Assembly: GCF_900105015.1 (NCBI RefSeq)
Contig: NZ_FNLK01000010.1
Location: 180,001 to 212,000 of the forward strand
Length of the DNA stretch: 32,000 nt
Source: Schaalia meyeri
GTDB taxonomy: Bacteria; Actinomycetota; Actinomycetes; Actinomycetales; Actinomycetaceae
Direction of reading: 5' to 3'
Shown here: positions 1 to 6,083 of the stretch, piece by piece
How positions within the stretch are numbered: the first letter of the stretch is position 1
Layout: every line of letters begins with the position of its first letter
Translations under genes and position numbers: made by a program
Notes under the pieces: generated by a model
What the model saw: the letters and a program-made list of their open reading frames with translations, nothing else
Databases searched by the model: none
Told to the model about the DNA's origin: nothing

Positions 1-2
1 TG

Positions 3-257
3 AGGGCCGCGACCACCACGGTCGGCTCCGACACCTACGTCGGTGCCCAGATCCAGGACGTCACCCCCGGGTCCGGCGCCGCCAGCGCGGGCCTGCGCTC
101 CGGCGACGTCATCACCAAGGTCGAAGGCCAGGAGGTCACCAGCCCCAAGCAGCTCATCGGCTACGTGCGACGTTACCGCGCGGGGGACACGATCACTATG
201 ACGGTCGCTCGCGACGGCGCCACCTTCGACGTGTCGGTGACGATCCAGGGAACCTGA
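3..257 (+). CDS. 3' end of an HtrA/DegP-like serine protease gene (C-terminal PDZ domain only; the 5' part lies outside the window)
   Basis: Frame 3 is open from the window edge to TGA 255-257. The translation ...VGAQIQDVTPGSGAASAGLRSGDVITKVEGQEVTSPKQLIGYVRRYRAGDTITMTVARDGATFDVSVTIQGT has the PDZ pattern (GL..GDVI...V.s...l) typical of HtrA-family C-termini. It is absent from the ORF track because no start codon lies in the window. Confidence 0.6.
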   Translation, partial: RAATTTVGSDTYVGAQIQDVTPGSGAASAGLRSGDVITKVEGQEVTSPKQLIGYVRRYRAGDTITMTVARDGATFDVSVTIQGT

Positions 258-278
258 GCGGCCGCGCGCCGCACCGCA

Positions 279-305
279 GGCCCGCCGCCCCTTGGGCGGC
301 GGGCC
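279..305 (+). terminator. Terminator-type hairpin after the protease gene
   Basis: GGCCCGCCGCC (279-289) pairs perfectly with GGCGGCGGGCC (295-305), giving an 11-bp GC stem with a 5-nt loop, 22 nt after the stop codon. There is no clear U-tract, which is common in high-GC actinobacteria. Confidence 0.5.
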
Positions 306-341
306 TCGTCACTCCGGATTGGTTTCGTTGCGGTCGGTGTT

Positions 342-364
342 CCGCCGCTTCCTTCAAGCGGCGG
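342..364 (+). terminator. Second hairpin followed by a short T-run (possible tandem terminator)
   Basis: CCGCCGCTT (342-350) pairs with AAGCGGCGG (356-364), giving a 9-bp stem with a 5-nt loop, followed by GTTTCG. Confidence 0.3.
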
Positions 365-510
365 GTTTCGTCACGCAGGGAGGGGAAAGCGTGCACGCGC
401 ATGGCTGAACGGGCGCGGGGCGTAGAGCGCGAGCCGTGAGACGACGGCGGTAGCAACGCTCCGTCGAGAGTTTGGCGTCTGACCGTGGCCCGGCTCACCT
501 GCGGGCACAC

Positions 511-684
511 GATATCCTCTCCCCGGTCCTCTTCGCGTCCTTCGCGTTCCGCGCCCCCGCCCGCTCTGTGGCCTTCGTTCCGGCGCTCACCATCATCGAC
601 CAGGCCGGGGCGCGCTGGGCGATCACGGCGGGCATCGACCGCGCCCCGGACCCGCTGGAGGCGCTCAACGCGGCTCTGTTCGCG
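511..684 (+). pseudogene. Orphan fragment of menF (inverted duplicate of menF codons ~84-141)
   Basis: Hand alignment shows + strand 511-684 equals the reverse complement of 2217-2390 with 9 mismatches in 174 nt, only 4 of them in 511-660. It reads DILSPVLFASFAFRAPARSVAFVPALTIIDQAGARWAITAGIDRAPDPLEALNAALFA against MenF DIPSPVLFASFAFRAPARSVAFVPALTIIDQAGARWAITAGIGRAPDPLEALDGALLA. There is no similarity just outside either boundary. It has no plausible start or RBS, and the downstream reading frame (ORF 472..1020) runs into repeat DNA. Confidence 0.85.
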
Positions 685-823
685 TGGCGGTGGCCATGCT
701 GCGGGAGCGTGGATGGGGTGGATGCCCCTGACCCCACACTCTGCACACTTCCCGCGATGATCCGGGGCGCGTGGAAGGGCTGTTGCATGGCGGCTACCCA
801 GTCCCTTCGTGCCCGTTGTCGGG

Positions 824-1025
824 GGTTTCGGGCGCGGTTGTTACAAACGTCGTCCATCCGGGTTCGATTTTCGGCGGTTTCCGGCTCGGTTGTTACAAAC
901 GTCGTCCATCCGGTACCCGAAAGGGCAGGAAACGGCTGTTCGAGCGTGCGTTTGGACGACGTTTGTAACGGTGGGCGGGATCGGGCCGCGGGCGTACCGG
1001 CGTTTGGACGACGTTTGTAACGGTG
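824..1025. repeat. Phased repeat array: a 17-bp core GTTACAAACGTCGTCCA, two direct then two inverted copies, with 52-bp spacing in each pair
   Basis: Forward cores are at 840-856 and 892-908. Reverse-complement cores (TGGACGACGTTTGTAAC) are at 953-969 and 1005-1021. The forward copies share a longer 38-bp unit (824-861 vs 876-913, 2 mismatches). The inverted copies share a 26-bp unit (948-973 vs 1000-1025). Only the 17-bp core is common to both classes. Confidence 0.85.
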
Positions 1026-1380
1026 AGTGCGATCGCGCAGCGTGAGTGCCCGCGTTGTGACCACCTTCGTAACCGTTAGGCCTGTGGAACGTAACCTCAA
1101 CGCGCTGCAAGCAACGCCGTGCGTTGCGTGATGATCGACCTGGAGCGTGGCCCCGTCCGCTGGTGGGCGTTGCGCGCCGGTGAGGGGCGCCGGGGGAAAC
1201 GGGTGCTTCGGGCGCCGTCTGTCTCCGCGCGGGTCGATGCCATCGTTCGTGGGATTCGGGTGGCGTCGGATGCTCGTGCGGCGGTGGTGGCTTGGGGGGA
1301 ATTGCAACCACAGGGCTACTTTGTCGGCGTGTCGCCGGCGTGTCGGAGTCCTATGGTCGCAAAAGCCCCGGCCGCGGCTG

Positions 1381-1403
1381 CCCGCGATGACGAGCATCGC
1401 GGG
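1381..1403 (-). terminator. Hairpin immediately downstream of the menF stop codon
   Basis: CCCGCGATG (1381-1389) pairs with CATCGCGGG (1395-1403), giving a 9-bp stem with a 5-nt loop, 3 nt past the menF stop (1407-1409 on the minus strand). A CTTTTG run follows about 20 nt further on the minus strand. Confidence 0.5.
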
Positions 1404-1406
1404 GTC

Positions 1407-2639
1407 TCACACCCCCAGGGCGTCCAGCAGCGGGCGCATCTTTGCTTCGGTTTCGGCCAACTCAGCGTCGGGGTCCGAATCCGGCATGATGCCGGCCCCC
1501 GCGAAGAGCCGCAGGCCCGCGGGCGAGACCAGCCCGCAGCGCAGGGCGATCGCGAACTCGCCGTCGCCAGCCGTATCCACCCAGCCGACCGGCCCTGAGT
1601 AGCGGCCCCGTTCCGTGTCCTCGATTTCCTCAATGAGGCGCATCGCCGCCTCGCGCGGGCTTCCGCACACGGCGGCCGTCGGGTGCAGGGCGGCCACCAG
1701 ATCCAGCAGGTGTGCATCGCCGAGCCGCGCGCGCACGTCGGTGGCCAGGTGAACGACGTTGGGCAGCTCCAGCAGGAACGGGCCCCGGGCGTGCACGTCG
1801 GAGCACAGGCGCGTGAGGATCGATGAGACAGAATCGGAGGCCAGCGCGTGCTCGCGCAGATCCTTGTCGCTGGATGCCAGCGAGGGGCCTTCCCCGGGCG
1901 GGCAGGTGCCGGCCAGGACGCGCGAGGCGGCGGTGCCTCGCGAGGAGGAAATCAGCATCTCCGGGGAGGCGCCCACCAGGGAATCCACGCAAAAACGCCA
2001 CGTTGACGGGTAGAGGGAGCTGAGCCGCTCCAGCAGGTAGCGCTCGTCGAAACCCCGCGAGCAGCGCACAGTCATGTCGCGCGCCATGACGGCCTTGTCG
2101 GCATCCCCCTCGCGCAGGCGCGCCGCGACAGATCGGACCGAGGCACGCCATTGGCCTCGGGACATCGATCCTGGGCCGAAAGACAACGAGGCGGGGACGC
2201 GGGGGGTGGGGCGGGCCGCGAGCAGAGCACCGTCGAGTGCCTCCAGCGGGTCCGGGGCCCGGCCGATGCCCGCCGTGATCGCCCAGCGCGCCCCGGCCTG
2301 GTCGATGATGGTCAGCGCCGGAACGAAGGCCACAGAGCGGGCGGGGGCGCGGAACGCGAAGGACGCGAAGAGGACCGGGGAGGGGATATCGCCCGGAAGT
2401 GGGGCGGCGGCGCCCTCCCACACGCGGCGAACATCCGTGATCGCGTCGGCGCTGGTGGACTCGAACGTGAGCGCGCGTCCCAGGCCAATCATCTGGCGGC
2501 GCTCGCCCAGCCACGCGGCGCCACCGGAAGCGGGGAGCAGGTGGAACAGTGAGCAAGCAGACCCCGGGTGCTGTGCGGGCAGGAACGCCGCCCGAAAAAC
2601 CAGGCGCGAGCATCCGGAGTTGTCGTGCATGGGTTCCAT
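1407..2639 (-). CDS. menF: Isochorismate synthase (menaquinone-specific, MenF/EntC family)
   Basis: The 410-aa ORF has a chorismate-binding-enzyme C-terminal signature: ...RGRYSGPVGWVDTAGDGEFAIALRCG...LFAGAGIMPDSDPDAELAETEAKMRPLL. It is divergent from menG. The start is uncertain (ATG 2639 or ATG 2627), and no obvious SD precedes either, so it may be leaderless. Confidence 0.85.
   Translation of the reverse strand: MEPMHDNSGCSRLVFRAAFLPAQHPGSACSLFHLLPASGGAAWLGERRQMIGLGRALTFESTSADAITDVRRVWEGAAAPLPGDIPSPVLFASFAFRAPARSVAFVPALTIIDQAGARWAITAGIGRAPDPLEALDGALLAARPTPRVPASLSFGPGSMSRGQWRASVRSVAARLREGDADKAVMARDMTVRCSRGFDERYLLERLSSLYPSTWRFCVDSLVGASPEMLISSSRGTAASRVLAGTCPPGEGPSLASSDKDLREHALASDSVSSILTRLCSDVHARGPFLLELPNVVHLATDVRARLGDAHLLDLVAALHPTAAVCGSPREAAMRLIEEIEDTERGRYSGPVGWVDTAGDGEFAIALRCGLVSPAGLRLFAGAGIMPDSDPDAELAETEAKMRPLLDALGV
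2217..2390 (-). repeat. Partner arm (inside menF) of the 174-bp inverted repeat
   Basis: This is the reverse complement of 511-684 (165 of 174 identical by hand alignment). Confidence 0.85.
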
Positions 2640-2688
2640 GGTAGGAGCCGGGGCGGCGGCGCGCTGAAAGACGTGGGAGGATTAACGC

Positions 2689-3396
2689 ATGAACGAAGCC
2701 CCGCGCGCGGACCTGAATAAGGTGCCCGAAGAGATTGCCTCGATGTTTGACTCCGTTGCATCGCGCTACGACATGATGGATGCGCTGATGACGGGCGGTT
2801 TGAACAACGTGTGGATGGTCGCCCTGCGCAAGGCGGTCGCCCCACACCCCGGCGAACGCATCCTGGACCTGGCCGCCGGAACCGGCACGTCCTCCGCCGC
2901 CTTGGCCAAGGGCGGCGCCGAGGTGGTCGCCTGCGACCTGTCCGAAGGGATGATCGAGGTGGGGCGCCAGCGCCACCCCGAGATCGAGTTTGTCCACGGA
3001 AACGCGATGGACCTGGACTTTGAGGACGGAACCTTCGATGCCGTGACCATTTCGTGGGGGCTGAGGAACATCCCCGACCCGGCGCTCGCGCTGCGGGAGA
3101 TGATGCGCGTGGTACGCCCGCGCGGACGCCTGGTGGTGTTGGAGTTTTCCACGCCAACCTCGCGCGTATGCCGCGGACTCTACAACGCCTACCAGTCGAC
3201 GGTGATGCCGGCGCTGGCGCGCGTGGCTTCCACGAATGACGGCGCGTACGACTATCTGGTGGAGTCCATTCGGCAGTGGCCCGCGCAGGAGGAAGTCGGC
3301 CGCATAATCGCCGCCAACGGATGGCGTGAGGTCGAGTACCGCAACCTGACGGGCGGAATCGCCTGCATGCACCGCGCGGTGAAGCCGCTGCCGTAG
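2689..3396 (+). CDS. menG: Demethylmenaquinone methyltransferase (UbiE/MenG class I SAM methyltransferase)
   Basis: The 235-aa ORF begins ...VASRYDMMDALMTGGLNNVWM and carries the SAM motif ILDLAAGTG and WGLRNIPD, matching the UbiE/MenG pattern. A GGGAGGA RBS lies upstream of the ATG. Confidence 0.9.
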   Translation: MNEAPRADLNKVPEEIASMFDSVASRYDMMDALMTGGLNNVWMVALRKAVAPHPGERILDLAAGTGTSSAALAKGGAEVVACDLSEGMIEVGRQRHPEIEFVHGNAMDLDFEDGTFDAVTISWGLRNIPDPALALREMMRVVRPRGRLVVLEFSTPTSRVCRGLYNAYQSTVMPALARVASTNDGAYDYLVESIRQWPAQEEVGRIIAANGWREVEYRNLTGGIACMHRAVKPLP

Positions 3397-3411
3397 GGTT
3401 CTTTAACGACC

Positions 3412-3442
3412 AGGCCGGGACCCCTCAGCGGGGTTCCGGCCT
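3412..3442. terminator. Bidirectional terminator hairpin between convergent menG and the S8 protease gene
   Basis: AGGCCGGGACCCC (3412-3424) pairs with GGGGTTCCGGCCT (3430-3442), giving a 13-bp stem (one G-U pair) with a 5-nt loop. It sits in the 66-nt gap between the two stop codons. Confidence 0.6.
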
Positions 3443-3462
3443 TCGCGCGTGGAGGACGGCTG

Positions 3463-4647
3463 CTACTTAGCGTGGTAGCGGGGGCTTGTTCCGATGTGTG
3501 TGGGGTAGGGGTTGTTTTTCGAGGTCAGGGTGGATTCGTCCAGGCCTCGGTAGGTGTAGGAGTTGTCGTGGACGATCTCGGTGGGGTCCACGATTCCGTC
3601 AGCGTACCGCCTGACTTCCTCGGGGGTGGGGCTGGAGCCGCCGCCCTTATCGGCGAGGGGGTTTTCGTCGGGGTATTGGCTGGGGTCCGTGTTGAGCATG
3701 GATGCCGGGCTGGCCACCCCGTATCCGGTGTATTGGTTCCATCCTCCATCGGGGTTGACGGTCGTGTGGACCAGGAGTTGCAGCAGCTGGTTCGCGGTCG
3801 CGTCCGGCCACTTCTGACGAGTCAACGCAAGAAAACCAGCAACGATAGGGGTCGAGATTGATGTGCCTCTGGTTTCGATGATCTGTGATGTTCCGTGGTC
3901 GTAGGCTTTGATAGGGCCTCCGACGGCAGCGGTCGTCACGGTGTTCCCCCAAGATGAGTAGTCGGCCCGCGCCCCGGTAATGTCGACAGCGGAAACGCCG
4001 ACGACCCCAGACCACGCTGACAGGCTTGCTGAGTCGTTGGCGATAGGGGTGTTTCCCATACCCGCGACAATGATAGTCCCCGAACTCATCGCCCTGGCCA
4101 TGGCCCACTTTAATGAAGCGTCGTGGTCCTCTGAAGAGAGCGAGATACTGACGACCTGTGCGCCGTCATTAATTGCATGGTTAATCAATGACGCATGCTT
4201 ATGGATTGCTGGGTCTTTGCATGATGGATCGGCCGTGGAGCCTCCGCTCAGGGTCTGGTAACTGTTGAGGGTTGCGTCGGGTGCAACGCCGTAGTCGCGT
4301 GCAACCAGCAGCGACGCGATTTCGGTACCGTGTCTACGACTGTCGTTACTGGGGTTGACAGGACACGGGCTCCTATCGCTGATCGAAGCGCCAGCAAGCT
4401 CTGGACGAGATGTATCGACCGGTCCGTCGATGATTGCGATGGTTACGCCTTTGCCGGTGTAGCCTTTGGCTCGTGCTTGGTCGAGGTGGTAGTAGGCGAA
4501 GTAGGGTTGGTCGGCGGCGGTGATGGTGTCGGCTGCGCGGGCGGGGGATGCCGGGAGGGCCAGCGAGCCCAGCGCGAGCGCGGCCGCGCAGGCCACCGAG
4601 AATGCGATGCGGGTACGGGGAGCAGTTACCATTGGCGGGGATCCCAT
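3463..4647 (-). CDS. Secreted S8 (subtilisin-family) serine peptidase, mycosin-like
   Basis: The catalytic residues appear in D-H-S order: VTIAIIDGPVD, RHGTEIASLL, oxyanion MGNT, and GTSISTPIVAGFLAL. The N-terminal signal peptide is ...IAFSVACAAALALGSLALPASPARA/AD. There is no C-terminal TM anchor, unlike canonical mycosins. An alternative start is ATG 4632. Either start overlaps the upstream gene stop (4626-4628). Confidence 0.8.
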   Translation of the reverse strand: MGSPPMVTAPRTRIAFSVACAAALALGSLALPASPARAADTITAADQPYFAYYHLDQARAKGYTGKGVTIAIIDGPVDTSRPELAGASISDRSPCPVNPSNDSRRHGTEIASLLVARDYGVAPDATLNSYQTLSGGSTADPSCKDPAIHKHASLINHAINDGAQVVSISLSSEDHDASLKWAMARAMSSGTIIVAGMGNTPIANDSASLSAWSGVVGVSAVDITGARADYSSWGNTVTTAAVGGPIKAYDHGTSQIIETRGTSISTPIVAGFLALTRQKWPDATANQLLQLLVHTTVNPDGGWNQYTGYGVASPASMLNTDPSQYPDENPLADKGGGSSPTPEEVRRYADGIVDPTEIVHDNSYTYRGLDESTLTSKNNPYPTHIGTSPRYHAK

Positions 4648-6059
4648 CCGTCGTCCACGCGCTTCGCGGGCGTGATGTCCCTGTCCGAACCGTACGTCTG
4701 CGACATGGGATTGACGTACCCCTCGGGCAAGGCGCCCTCGTCGTCGTCCAGGTAGCGGTACGGTTCGTACTTGCGTCGTTCTTGCTTCTTGTCGTCATTG
4801 GTGCCGCCCACACCGGCCCCCGTACCACCCATGTAGCCGGGATGCCCGGAGCTCCCCGCGCCGCCCTGTGAGGCTGAGGCTGCGGGCGGAGTGTACGTGC
4901 CGAACCCCTTTCCGCTAAAGGAACCGGCGTGAAGTGCCGGAGCAGGGCCCACCGTCCCGCCGGAAAACGCGCGGGCGGCTCCGCGCAGCCCCAGGGCGCC
5001 AGCCCCCAGCATTCCGGCGCCGCCGAGTCGACCAGCGGTGCTGGCGTCGGTGGCCGGGCCGCCGTTGATGCGCCACAGGGGGTGGTCGATGTCGGTGGGG
5101 GTGGCCGGCACGTGTCCGCCCCATACGTGACCGTTGCGGTGGCGGTTCGCGTCCACTCGGGTGTGCATGAGGTCCACGCCCATCAGGTCCTGCGGATCGG
5201 TGATGGGCCTGCCGTAGGAGCCGTTCGCATCCGGCGGGAGGTAACGCTTGGAAATCTGGTGGGAAGCCAGCGCGCGCCGACGCGCGGCCTCCTCCGTGTC
5301 GGGGTCCGCGTAGCCCTCCGGGTACAGGGACTTGTCGGAGCGCAGGGGAGCGCGCCCGTAATCGTCCTCGGCGCTGCGGCCGTAGGCGCCTCGATCGTAG
5401 GGCGAGAACTGGATGTGGCCGCGATCGAGATTCTCTTCCGTGCTTTGTGGAAGTGAAACGGCAGGAATATCGATGTTCGTGTACCCAGAATTCGGTCCTT
5501 CCTGCACCAACTTCTTCATGCCCCCGCCGATCTCGCCCACTGTGCTGTTGACGCGATCAAGGATCTCGGCGGAGGCTGCCTCGCGCTGGGCGTTGGCCTG
5601 AGCCTCCACGGCGCTGACGTAGGCCGCTCCGGTCGAGAGCACCGTGTTAGCGACAAGCCCGGGCACGGGGGCGAGGACGGGGGTGAAAGGCAGGGCGACC
5701 GTCGCGGCCGAGCGCAGCGCCTCGGTCTTCGAATCGAGCAGGGCGGGGGACAGCTGCTTCGCATCCGCCTTCGCCTGGGCGATCGCCTGGCGAGCCGCCA
5801 CATAGTGGGCGATGCCACGCATGTAGTAGGACCGCTTTGATTCGAGCCGGGCGACCGTCTTGTCCGCCCACGCGTTCAGAGCGTCCCCGGTCTGGCCGGT
5901 GAACCCCTGGTGCTGCTGAAAGTGGCGCACGCGCTCGATGGCCTGATCGAAGCCGTCAAGGATGCGCTTGTGCTCGCCGTCCCACGACCTGAGCTCTTCG
6001 TTGTATTCCGCTTCCGCGGCGAACTGCATGAGACGGTCATACATAGGTGAAGAAACCAT
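4626..6059 (-). CDS. Hypothetical 477-aa protein: helical N-terminal domain plus a Gly/Ala-rich disordered C-terminus with a charged tail (ESX/T7SS-substrate-like architecture)
   Basis: This is a long ORF in the same orientation as its neighbours, with AAGGA about 9 nt upstream of ATG 6059. The N-terminal ~190 aa are Ala/Gln/Arg-rich and helical-looking, with a ...HQGFTGQTGDALNAWADK... turn. The C-terminal part contains GGAGMLGAGALGLRGAA...GGTGAGVGGTNDDKKQERRKYEPYRYLDDDEGALPEGY...DDGWDPRQW. No signal peptide is present. The family assignment is not verifiable by eye. Confidence 0.6.
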   Translation of the reverse strand: MVSSPMYDRLMQFAAEAEYNEELRSWDGEHKRILDGFDQAIERVRHFQQHQGFTGQTGDALNAWADKTVARLESKRSYYMRGIAHYVAARQAIAQAKADAKQLSPALLDSKTEALRSAATVALPFTPVLAPVPGLVANTVLSTGAAYVSAVEAQANAQREAASAEILDRVNSTVGEIGGGMKKLVQEGPNSGYTNIDIPAVSLPQSTEENLDRGHIQFSPYDRGAYGRSAEDDYGRAPLRSDKSLYPEGYADPDTEEAARRRALASHQISKRYLPPDANGSYGRPITDPQDLMGVDLMHTRVDANRHRNGHVWGGHVPATPTDIDHPLWRINGGPATDASTAGRLGGAGMLGAGALGLRGAARAFSGGTVGPAPALHAGSFSGKGFGTYTPPAASASQGGAGSSGHPGYMGGTGAGVGGTNDDKKQERRKYEPYRYLDDDEGALPEGYVNPMSQTYGSDRDITPAKRVDDGWDPRQW

Positions 6060-6083
6060 GATCCCTATCCTTTAACTAAACGC

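Noticed and set aside
472-1020. The 182-aa ORF as a real protein-coding gene (a MenF-like paralogue)
   Set aside because: Only 58 codons resemble MenF. The rest reads through the repeat array. There is no RBS or plausible start context, and the substitution pattern relative to menF is not conservative.
824-1025. The repeat array as a CRISPR array
   Set aside because: There are only four copies, and two are in the opposite orientation. The conserved core is 17 bp, the 'spacers' are about 25-35 bp and partly conserved between units, and no cas genes are present in the window.
495-1397. The 300-aa minus-strand ORF (and 841..1311-, 1119..1598+, 1147..1602+) filling the non-coding gap
   Set aside because: These have the Arg/Pro/Thr/Ala-rich composition typical of spurious frames in high-GC DNA. 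They have no RBS and no recognisable motifs, and they overlap each other and the repeats.
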